Assembly: GCA_037447605.1 (NCBI GenBank)
Contig: CM074813.1
Location: 1,860,001 to 1,924,000, forward strand
Origin: Zygnema circumcarinatum SAG 698-1b
Taxonomy: Eukaryota > Plantae > Zygnematophyceae
DNA: 64,000 bases
Reading direction: 5' to 3'
This document shows positions 1-11,289 of this stretch, piece by piece. The position numbers and the translations under genes are program-made. The notes beneath the pieces were generated by a model that was given only the letters and a program-made list of their open reading frames with translations, was not told the origin of the DNA and ran no database searches. Every line of letters starts with the position of its first letter. Position 1 is the stretch's first letter.

Positions 1-68
1 CATTAAAACATTAACAAAGCGCACAATGAATCAGCTTTGGGACAAAAGTGAAGTCAGCAAGCAGTCAC

Positions 69-2260
69 CTGTGTGTTCCCGAGGGGAGATCTCCAGCATA
101 GAAATCGGCGGCTCTAAGTTCGCGCATGTTTCCCAAAGCTACCTGCAAGCTTTTGGGTTGCAAGTTTATCTGGTTTCTCTTTTCTGAAAGACTTCAAAAG
201 AGTGCAAGTTTCAGTGCTTTTAAAAGGCCAGGCCTGTTAGAATTTCAGGAAATCAGAACTTTCAGATTTCAGAGAGTCTGAATTCCTTGAACTTCTTCTT
301 CTTCTTTTTTTTTTTGTTTAGCAGATTAACTGAAGGAGAAGATTTTGTGCGCATAGAGCATGCCTCACAAAGGAGCAGAATTCCAAGATTGGGCGGACGA
401 GTACAGCAATAGTTTGCACTTTTGGAGACCATGTCTGCAAAATAGACCCCTTTCCCAAACATGTATCCGGAGACGGGTGCTTCCGGGGGAGCTATTCGAA
501 GGCCTGTCCGGGAAAGCGAAAAAAAAAAAAAAAAAAAAAAAGGGGGAGGGGGGGATGAGAGGCTTAATAAGTGACATGAAGAAGGAGAGCGGAGGATTTG
601 AAGAACGGAGACGGACCGGCCAGAAAAGAACGGAACGGAAGGTTGTAATGGACAACTGAACTGTACCTTGAGATAGAATTCCGGTCCAGTTGGAGAGACG
701 AGAGCCGTGCCACAGCAGCATGCGATTGTGCAGCTGCTCCCAAGGCACATATTTTCCTAGAAATAAATATCAAAATCTCAAAAGAAACAACGAAATGTAT
801 CATTCAAAATTTGGAAGTCGGACCGTTCGAAAGCATAATCGTTAGTGCTCACCATTTTAAAGCGATCATCTTCACCCTCTCGATTCACTTTGAAGGCCTG
901 CTCCACCTCCAGCTGCGGGAGAGAGAGCCCAATCCCTGCTGTTTCAGTGACGATCACTCCGTCTCCCTCTCTCTCATTCTCCTTCTCCTCTCTCTCCCAC
1001 TCCATCTCGGTCCTACTGCCGGTCATTCCCGCTACTCTCCTCTTCTCCCTACTCCTCACCCGCTTCCTCTCCCTCCTACCCTCTAATCTTCTCTCCCTTC
1101 TCTACACCAGGGATTCCTTCCCTCGTCACTGATGCCTAAATGCACAGTAGATGACGATGGGCACAAACAGAAGGGTACGTGGGAGAAGCAGAGAGAGAGA
1201 GAGTGGGCGAGTTGAAGCGAGAGGGAGAGAACGAGATGCTCTCACATGGTAGTCGGCGTGAGTGGAGGCATGCGTGTTGGCGACATACTTCTTCACCTGC
1301 AGCCATGCACGAAGAGCCCCTGTCATGCCATACGCTGCACTGCATGTCAAAGTGCACATGTTACACGTTTCCTGTTTTCACTAGAGCGTAACGGAGGAGG
1401 GTGAGCGCACCATGGAAAACTCGTCCGAGTCGGAGGGCATCGGCACGAGGTCGCAGTGGAGGCGGGCGTAGTACTCATCGGCAGGATGGAGCCGCTCCTG
1501 CTCCGACAGGGTGGGAGGGAGGGCGCAGAGGGAGGCTGAGCGGAAGGGAGAGGGAGAGAGAGAGAGAGAGAGCAAGCGAGATGGGTAGGGTGCAGAAGTG
1601 GAAGGGAGAGGGGAAGGCGAACAGGAAGGGCTCGGTAGTGAGGGAGGGAGGAAGGGAGCGAGGGAGGGAGGGAGGGAGAGGGAGGGATGGAGGAGGGGGC
1701 GAGGATAGAAAGGGAACAAAGGTTTCCAGGCTTCCGTATAGCGCTTAGAGATGTGAGGTGGGGATTTAGGGTTAGGACGGAGCCCACCTTCTTCTCGTCC
1801 TCGGAGGAGCCCTCCAAGACGCGCGATGCCGCCTCGATCTCTGCCAGCGACTCTACCTGCAAACGGAGAGGGACATGGAAGTTTGCATGAAAATTTGGTA
1901 GAGAACGGAATGAACTGCGAGCATGGAATCACATCTGAGATGTACCATTTCAAGTTTCTGTTTGAGCCTTTCTTTGTCCCGGATGATGAATTCTCCTGCA
2001 GGCCCTCTCCATGCATAAAATCAGTTCTACATGTGGCAGCCACATCACTTGCAGTTTGCATTAGCATTCATGCGTAGGCATCAAGCATCTGCGACGTCAG
2101 CTCATGTGGGGATGTCAAACAATGAAAGCCTTGAGCAAAGAGAAAACGACCAAGGTTTGATTAGAAATGCAGGCAAGACGAACGAACTCACTCATTTTTC
2201 GAAACCCGAAATCGTGCGGGATGACGGTATAGAAGTTGCTGCAAGTAGCGGAAATAAGGA

Positions 2261-2297
<37 letters not shown>

Positions 2298-5200
2298 AAA
2301 GAGAGAGAGAGAGAGAGAGAGATTCTAGAAAAGTGACGATTTGGCCCTGCCTGCTGAGCTGGGCGAGCAGCTTTCCATCTGGAGCAATTTTTTCAAGTTC
2401 CGCGGCGATGCTTTTGAGAACTCCGAACCCCTGCGGGAGATTTTCCCCTTTTCAGTTCTGGAAGGACTCTCTCCATCTCTCACTCTCCCTCTCTCCCTCC
2501 CTCTGCCTCGCCTATCCCTCTCCTTTCCGCAGTTCCCCCCTCCCCTCCCTCTTCAATGGAGAAAACAAAAGAAAAGGTACGGATCCGAGATATGCATCCT
2601 CCTAAAGAATATAATGAAGGGAAATATCAAAAAAAGGCTCCAACTTCTGACCCGAAGAACGGTACTTCGACTCAATTTTCCAAGTGGCATCTTCGTCGCA
2701 TTGTAGCCTGCACGGGCAGCTCCAAAAAAAAAATTAACTACATCCCTTACCTTCAAGTTTGGGCAGTTTGAGCAATGTAGAAAAGATGAATCTGTTTTCC
2801 TCAAGATTCAAAGGCGAAAAAGTGGGAGACGAGTGGGAGAGAACAGCACCAAGGTCAACCATTTGCTGCTGCATCATGTCGCGATCGCAAATCAGTTCCA
2901 TTAATTTTCGAAGTCGGGCATCCAGTTTTGATACAGGCACAGCCTAGACGCCCATTTTCACAGCCCTCGTAACCAATCGACTTAGTGGGAATGACTCAAA
3001 TAAGTCCCCTTACATAGGCTTAGCAATTTCTGTCTCGCATATCAACATCCCCCCTCAACAACAAAGGAAAAAAAACAGAAATAGATAATACTTACCGCCA
3101 TTTTATCTTGTTTTGCTGACGGGCCTTCATCTTCTTTCCTTACTCCCCCTTTTTCTCCTTCTTCTTCTACTTCTTCTTTGTAGTCGATTTCCAGCCAGGT
3201 GTACTTCCGGGGAACTGCTCTGAAATTGGCTCGTTCTTCCCAGGAATTTTTCGTCTTGTCGAAAAACCTTTTTGTGAACTCCGCTATTGCTTCGCCTTTT
3301 GAAGAGAACTGTACGAGGTTCGGCTTTCCGGGCACCCCGACCCGGCCCCATCGCGTAACGACAAAATACATTGAGCGATCGTTCGCCTCTGCCCCCCCAC
3401 CAAATGAAAAAATTAACAAGGGAACTGGAGGGGAGAGATAAACGACGAGAGGAAGGAAGGAAGGGGAGCGACAAGACAAGAAAAGAACAAGAGGGAAAAA
3501 GGAAAGGGAATGAAAATAAATGAAAGAGAGACGAGAGAGAGGCATAGTAAGAGAACTAGAGAGGGCAGTTGTTGGGGGGGGGAGGGGGGGGGGGGAGGGG
3601 AGAGGGAAGGGGGATAGAAGAAAAGGACCCATCTTCTTCTTTTTCTATGAAACCCTCTTACTCTGGATTGCGCAGACAAGGAAGACCAATTCCAAAGCAC
3701 CCACTTACCAAGGACCTGAATTGCGTAATATTTGTTGTTGTTATGCAGAGTGTCCGTTTGGTTCAACATGGCGTCGTATATATTGTCCCCCTACAAAAGC
3801 ACAAAGTCGGAATAAGGAAAGACTTGTCCACAACGCATTTGAGAAGGATGAACTGTGCGTTCCGTCCTTATCTGAAATAAACTTCAGAAAAGATTCCATG
3901 TTTCTTGGATTTTGGGAAATAAGCTAACTCAAGGTTTAAGCAGGTCAGGATGTGAGGGTTTCTCATAGGCCATCCTCATACTGAAGCCAGCAAAAACGAC
4001 AGATACACGCAAAGCGAAGGATAAATCCAGGACAAAATGAGCGATGTTAAGCTGAGTTCACATTAATCAGCAAAAGAAAAGGAGCTAAAACATAAAGGCT
4101 TTTATGGCTGTTCCATGGCCTACTCATGTCGAAAAGGGGACAAGGAATGGGCGAAGGAAAGAGCAGGAGAGAGACAAGGAGGGAAGGGAGAAAGAGAGAG
4201 GGAGGAAAACCGGCATTTGGCGATGCAGAGCGACAGTGGGAGAGGAGAGGGAGGGGAAGGGACCTCCTGCAGGACGTGACACGCCTCCCGGACGTCGGCC
4301 GGCAGGAGGCTGTCCAGCATGACTCGCCGCCTTTTGGGCGCAGCCGACGACTTTTCCTCCTCGTCCTCCTCCGCACTCGTCTCTGCCGAGCCATTGCCCC
4401 AAAAGCACGCGTCATTCCATGAGGGGTCATGCATTGAAAAATGCGAGGCATGCCTGTTTCGTGGTTTTGAATTTTGCTGTCACATGGCATTGGGGAGGGG
4501 GAGGGGAGGGGAGGGGGAGGGGGAGGGGGAGGGGAGGGGGAGGGGAGGGGAGGGGAGGGGAGGGAGTGGGAGGGGGGAGGGAGGGGAGGGGAGGGGAGGG
4601 GGAGGGGAGGTGAGGGGGAGGGGAGGGGGAGGGGAGGGGAGGGGAGGGGAGGGGAGGGGAGGGGAGGGGGAGGGGAGGGGGAGGAGGGGAGGAGGAGGGG
4701 AGGGAGGGGGGAGGGGAGGGAGGGGAGGGGAGGGGGAGGAGGGGAGGGGAGGGGAGGAGGGGAGGGGAGGGGGAGGGGGAGGGGAGGAGGGGGAGGGGAG
4801 GGGAGAGGGGGAGGGGAGGGGAGGGGGAGGAGGGGAGGAGGGGGAGGGGAGGGGGAGGAGGGGGAGGGGGAGGGGGAGGAGGGGGAGGGGGAGGGGAGGG
4901 GAGGGGAGGGGAGGGGGAGGGGAGGGGAGGGGGAGGAGGGGGAGGGGGAGGGGGGTGGGGGGAGGGGGGTGGAGAGGAGGAGGGGGAGGGGAGGGGGAGG
5001 GGAGGGGGAGGGGAGGGAGGGAGTGAGGAGGGGGAGGGGAGGGGGAGGAGGGGAGGAGGAGGGGGAGGGGAGGGGGAGGGGGAGGGGGAGGGGAGGGGAG
5101 GGGAGGGGAGGGGAGGGGAGGGGAGGGGGGTAGAGGGGAGGCAGGGGAGGGGGAGGGAGGGGGGTGGAGAGGAGGGAGGAGGGGGAGGGGGAGGAGGGGG

Positions 5201-6053
5201 AGGGGGAGGGGAGGGGGAGGGGGAGGGAGGAGGAGGAGGGAGGGAGGGGAGGGGGAGGGGGAGGGGTGGAGGGGAGGAGGGGAGGGGAGGAGGGGGAGGG
5301 GAGGGGGAGGGGAGGGGAGGGGGAGGGGAGGAGGGGAGGTGGAGGGGAGAGGGAGGGGGGGGAGGTGGAGGGGGAGGGGGATGGGGAGGGGGAGGAGGGG
5401 GAGGGGGTTTGGGAGGGGGAGGGGGAGGGAGAGGGTGGCAACAAGAAGCGGAGCCTGTGACAGATAGATGAAGGTGAAAGAAAACAAAACGGGCCCTTAA
5501 AATGCATTTGATGACTTATCGTCTCTTTCAGTGTAAAGTAAAAATTGCAACCCTAAACTGCAAGACGTACGGCTTGAAGAAGCCCTTCTTCCAGTGCCGC
5601 TTTCTATGAGGCACGCACACCTTGTGGGCGCTTTCTTCCTTCGTCCGCCATTTTTTCCCCCTCGGAAGTTTCCTCCTCTGCTTGCAGCGCTGCCTGTAGC
5701 CGCTCCACCTGCCAACCCTAACTGGCCCCCCACTTTGTGAAGGAAAGGAAAATAAAATAAAATAAAATAAAAAGAAAATTTGAGGTGGGGGTTAGGAGGG
5801 GAGGGAGGGGAATTGTCAAAGTGGGGGCGATAAAATGGGGAAAGAAAGAATAAAGAGATTTTATATTTTTTTGAAAAGTAGGGAATTATTAGTCCCTTTA
5901 AAGTGGCTTTCTGAAATAAATTTTGGGGTCGAGCTTCACCAGTACAGGTTTGCGGCCGCTGCTGTCCAGGCCGCGCCTGCTCAGCTCCGCGCGGAGGCTT
6001 GCTACAGTCGGTGCTTTTGCATGATCGGAAGCGTTCAAATTATTGGGTGCCAT
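69..6053 (-). CDS. PARP2: Poly(ADP-ribose) polymerase 2 (SAP-WGR-regulatory-catalytic), spliced, 3' end beyond window start
   Basis: 17 exons joined in frame by hand: 6053-5940, 5708-5621, 4382-4264, 3790-3709, 3388-3096, 2943-2850, 2707-2652, 2430-2351, 2238-2192, 1995-1946, 1856-1788, 1497-1411, 1296-1246, 912-853, 733-667, 503-364, 142-69. Motifs: SAP ([23 protein letters not shown]), WGR ([24 protein letters not shown]), regulatory ([17 protein letters not shown]), catalytic ([57 protein letters not shown]|VALG). Confidence 0.95.
4492..5435. repeat. ~940-bp near-pure G/A low-complexity tract (GGGGA/GGA-type) inside PARP2 intron 2
   Basis: Almost exclusively G and A on + with rare T/C. 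It generates the spurious poly-Pro/Ser and poly-Gly/Glu ORFs in the track. Confidence 0.95.
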
Positions 6054-6867
6054 CTTTGGTACTTTTTTGAGAGGTTTTGAAGCGTGAGTTGCTTTCAAAA
6101 GGTTCAAATGCCTTGGGGATTTTCTGATTTCTTTTCAGATTATTTTTAAATTCGTTAAAAAATCACTTTCACACGGTTAAACACAAGAATCATGAAGCCA
6201 TTTCCAGAAAGATTTGCTTCCGAAATGCCTGGATTAAATAGCACCGTGGTAAGGAGGCGCTGTTCAGGATTTCAGATGCTGTTTAAAGTTTCAAATCAAT
6301 TCTCAGAACTGCAAAATCTTAAGTATTCCGTGGGATGATGTTTTTTTCAAAAGGGAAAAATAGTCTGCACGTGGCGCTTCCAAGCGGGGCAGGCGGGCAG
6401 GCAGGCAAGCGGGCGGGCGGGCAGGCCAGCACTCGGCGGCCGTCATCTGACTCATCCACGCGCGCACTTCCACACAACAAACATGGTTTCCGTACAAACC
6501 ATGTATTTGTGGTACAGGTTGTAGACTTCCCAATTTTGGACGACTATTGTGCACATTGTTGCGGTGCAGTGTTGTACTCATGGACGCCAGCAACGTCATT
6601 GTGCATGAGGCACACGCATGGGATGCTTTCGTTGTTGTTGTTGTTGTTGTACGAAAGCACACACACAGCCCCATGTCGCATGTGCCCCCATCCCTCCCCC
6701 CAGCATCGTCCCTGTCCTCGCCCGCCCATCCCTCGGCCCAACAAACCGCGCGGCCGCCTTCCGCCGTACGGCACGGATCAAAGGGGGATCGCGGAACATG
6801 TCAAGTGTAATGGCCACGTGTCACTTGCTGGTTGGTTGTTATCGACTCGGCCTCGAGCAACCGTCGT

Positions 6868-7158
6868 CCCATACAAGTTGCCTCGTGTACAAGTGTCCAC
6901 GTGGCGCATCGCCATTGGAAGGCGCCCCCTACGTCGCCCGTCTTCCCATACAAGTCGCCTCGTGTACAAGTGTCCATGTGGCGCATCTCCATTGGAAGGC
7001 GCCCCCTACGTCGCCCGTCATCCCATACAAGTCGCCTCGTGTACAAGTGTCCACGTGGCGCATCTCCATTGGAAGGCGCCCCCTACGTCGCCCGTCTTCC
7101 CATACAAGTCGCCTCGTGTACAAGTGTCCACGTGGCGCATCACCATTGGAAGACGCCC
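6868..7158. repeat. 77-bp tandem repeat, ~3.8 copies, carrying CCACGTGGC (G-box/ABRE)
   Basis: ATACAAG recurs at 6871, 6948, 7025 and 7102 (period 77). Unit is approximately CCCATACAAGTCGCCTCGTGTACAAGTGTCCACGTGGCGCATCTCCATTGGAAGGCGCCCCCTACGTCGCCCGTCTT. Confidence 0.95.
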
Positions 7159-7367
7159 ACCCGTACAGCGACGTAGCCAGGTTCTAATTCCTCCCCCCTT
7201 CCTCTCCCCTCTCTCCCTCCCACTCCGTCTCTCCCCCAGTCCCTCCCTCCCCTTCCTCTTCCCCCTTTGTCTCCTTCCCCCTCCTCTCCCCCACTCTCTC
7301 CACATTTCAATCTTTATTTTGTTTCTCTTTTATTTTAATTTGCTTGAACTTATACAATAAATGTAAT

Positions 7368-7567
7368 ATGGGGTAAGACTTAAAACATGGCCAAAACAAT
7401 TTCGTAAGCCTGCCGGGCGTATTTCGCATTGGCTAGGTACGCATTTCGGTACGGCTAGGTTTGGCAGAGTTGCAGATCCCAACCCAAAACTTGTATACAA
7501 AATAAATGGCTTTTTGAATACTGAATTCAAGAATTTTGTACGCTCTGCGCTAAGTCTGACCCCCCCT
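7368..7567. mobile_element. 200-bp degenerate MITE, AAT-flanked, related to the element at 18341-18892
   Basis: Right end TCTGACCCCCCCT followed by AAT (7568-7570). Degenerate left end ATGGGGTAAGACTTA preceded by AAT (7365-7367). Internal AATTTCGTAAGCC..GGGC and TTCTTGAATTC blocks match the 18716-18892 segment in reverse orientation. Confidence 0.7.
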
Positions 7568-7574
7568 AATGTAG

Positions 7575-8236
<662 letters not shown>

Positions 8237-8380
8237 AAAAAAAAGAAAAATTTGCGGCATTGGCCGGCGGCAGGCGGCGAGGCGGGAGGAGGGCGCCCGC
8301 CCGCTACGGGCACCGCCCTGGGGGGGCAGCTCCGTGAATCAGGGCGTCGGGCACCGACATGTCTCTACCAATAGGGGCTT

Positions 8381-8428
8381 GCCACGTGCACGTGGCCATT
8401 CGTTCGCTGATCTTTAGTGACACGTGGC
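8381..8428. promoter_or_regulatory. G-box/ABRE cluster (perfect palindrome GCCACGTGCACGTGGC plus GACACGTGGC)
   Basis: Motifs read directly, with CCAAT at 8368. No target gene identified. Confidence 0.3.
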
Positions 8429-9582
8429 AATTTGCGAAGGCTATCGCCCGAGTGGACAAGATCTCCCGCGATAGGTCGGACTCGCGAGGACCGTGGATCA
8501 GGATCCACACCGTACGGACAGATCGCCTCAAAGTGTGTCACTTTGGGGTGTGCTTTGTCCCCCGCAACTTGCGCCGTGACGTGACGCGAAGGGATCCGTT
8601 GCTCATGCTACTTACTGCTGCTGTTTCTCTCCTCGCCAAGAGAGTGCCCCTAGCCCTATCGCTGCCGCAGGAGGGGCAGCAGCAGCGGGAGTGGACCTAG
8701 GGCAGCAGTATCAGTTTTTGAGGTGTTTGCAACATTAGAATAACTCAAATTTTCCCTTAAAAACGTTTATATCCGCTATTAAGGAAATTCTCTTATTTGT
8801 AGAGGCCTGCCGTTGGCCATGCACCTTCCCAGACGCCCCTCCCTCTATCGAAAACTGAAAACTTAAAAAGTTTGCAGTTTCTTTAGCATCCCCAAGGCCC
8901 ACATCACAATGCCATCCAAGCCATCGCATTCGGTCCATAAAAACTGTACAAAAAAAAGGAAATGGACATTGCTGCGTAGGGATCTGGGAAGGGGCCATTC
9001 CTCTCACTGAAAAAATACAACTTTGAATTTTGGAAAGATACCCTTGAGTTCCCGACACGAAGAAAAGGAATTTTTGTATGTACAAGGTCACTTGGAAAAC
9101 CTCCGTAAAAGGGAGGAAAGTGACGACGAGGGTAAGAGGCAGTGCAGGAGGAGGGGGAGAGGGAGAGAGAATGGGAAGCGCAAAAATGTGTGTTCGAGAG
9201 AGAAAGAGCAAGAGCTGCCTCCTCGTTCACAGCTGTACCTGCAAAGAACCAACACAGATGTCACATAACCCATATCGCGACAATGTCACGTCTCGCTGTA
9301 TTGTGTCATGACCGTACACCAGCTCTTCAAGCAAGAAAATAAACAAATTCAAAAAAAAGCTACCCTTAGCAGTTTCATTCATCCAGGATCCTAAGCGGGT
9401 CGGAAACTGCGAGCGGACATCAGCCTTAAACTGAGAGCAGTAAGAAGCCTTCAGCCTTTCTTTACAAAATGCTTTCCGAACATGATTTGATACTTATGAG
9501 TTTATTGATGCAAAGGGTTTAGAAATGTGTTGCGAGTTTGTCAGATTCTAAGGTTCGGGAATTTTTGCAGACGTTAGACTCG

Positions 9583-11251
9583 TCATGATCTCGGAGTTAA
9601 GAGCTTAGGGCTTTCAGTGTTGAGGATTCGAACCTCGTATTTTCCGCCCCCCTTCTGGAGCAGAAATCCGGCTTCGTTCATTTTATCGATCACGTCTTCA
9701 AGGTTTGGAACATTCAAACCAATGTCGTCGGCCATTTCTGCCAACTCCTGCAGAAATGTTTCCCAAAAAAGAAAAAATGTATACGAATAAAGTTGAAGAG
9801 ACAGGTTTGCCTTCACACGACTTGGATAGGCCTTAAACGACGACGAGACTTTTAAGGAAGTCAGAGAGGGAGAGAAAAGGCAACAGAGAAAGGAGAGAGA
9901 AGCAAGTGGATGAGAGAGGTAAAGAGGAAAGTGGGAGAGAGAGAAAAAAGGGAGAGAGAGAGAGAGAAAGAACAAGAGAGAGAGAGGATAACATGGAGAG
10001 GGCAGGGAAAGGTAGGGAAAGGGGGAACGACAGAGAGAAAGAGTGAGTGAGTGAGAGAGAGAGAGGGGCACCTTCCGAGTGAAGCAGGGTCTGTTCTCCT
10101 TTGCCGCGAGCTGCGTGAGATGTGCTATGAAGCGCTTGGTCTCCTTAGAGCGGCTCATCCCTGAAAGGCGCGCACCCTCCACTCTCCCGCGCTCGTCTGC
10201 CAAACGGTCGAACAGTGACGCGCTCATCAGATCCACCACATCCTGTATGAAGCAAACCCGAAACGAACAAACTATTAAAAAAATAAAGAACAAAAAAGAA
10301 AGTAAGTAGAAAATGACATAAACAAAGTTTGTGATTCTTAAAGTTATCGGATTCCAATGTTAAAGAGGCATCGACAAATTTGAATGGCACAGTTTAACCA
10401 TTACATGGAAGCATCATCCAGACATGCTTAACTATGTGACGAACCTAACAGATTTCGGACTCTTAGAGTCCTTTAAGTGATCCCTCCAGCTTTTAGGGTT
10501 GGAAGGTTTCCCAGGAAGCAGCGAGAGGGAGGGAAGTGACCTGCGCGTCCTGTTCGGTGACGTGTTCGCGGAGTTCCATTCTGGCCCGCGCCTCCGCCAG
10601 GCGGACGAGACTCTCCAGCTGGCGAGCTGTGATTGGCACTCCGTCCGCCGCCCGGCTGCGCTGCCTCAACTCCAAATAGAAGCTCTGAAGGATGGAGCAC
10701 GAACCTGCCGTCAGCCTGCACGTGCGGGAGTGGTGCTCAGGCAGAGAGGGAGACAGGGAGAGAGAGAGAGAGAGAGTGTGGGAGGGGAGGGAGAGAGGAA
10801 TAGATGGAAGGAGGCAAGAGGTTGAGAGGAAAGGAAGCAGGGAGGAAGAGAGACAGCGGAGCAGGAGGGAGTGGGAAAGGAGAGGGAGAGAGGGAGGGAA
10901 GGAAGAGACTGAACCTCGGGTGGCAGTGCTGACGTGCATACGCGATGTACTTCCTCAACTGCGTTTCCTTCAAAGGCCCAAAATTCAAACTCTTGTGGGA
11001 GTCGAGACGCAGCCTCTCCGCCAGTGGCGCATTCTTTTTGCCTCCCTGAGAGTGCAATGCCGCTTGCGCCAAAACTGAAAGCGCGGAACATTTGCGAGGG
11101 GGAAGGAAAAAAATGGATGTGGGTGGAGGGGAGGGAAAGAGAGTTTCTTAGCTTGATGACGTGAAGTGCAAATAGAAAGAAGTTTTCGAATTGGAAAATT
11201 TCACATACCGTAAAGAAAATCTTTATTGAGTTCGCTTAAAGATCAGGTGTG

Positions 11252-11289
<38 letters not shown>

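Noticed and set aside
8605-9280. Small spliced plus-strand gene (signal-peptide-like 31-aa ORF plus exon-like segments)
   Set aside because: No consistent frame or homology could be built; only the promoter-like island is reported.
9622-9636. tRNA T-arm/B-box-like GAGGTTCGAATCCTC on the minus strand
   Set aside because: There is no acceptor, D or anticodon arm, and it lies in the last MCM8 coding segment.
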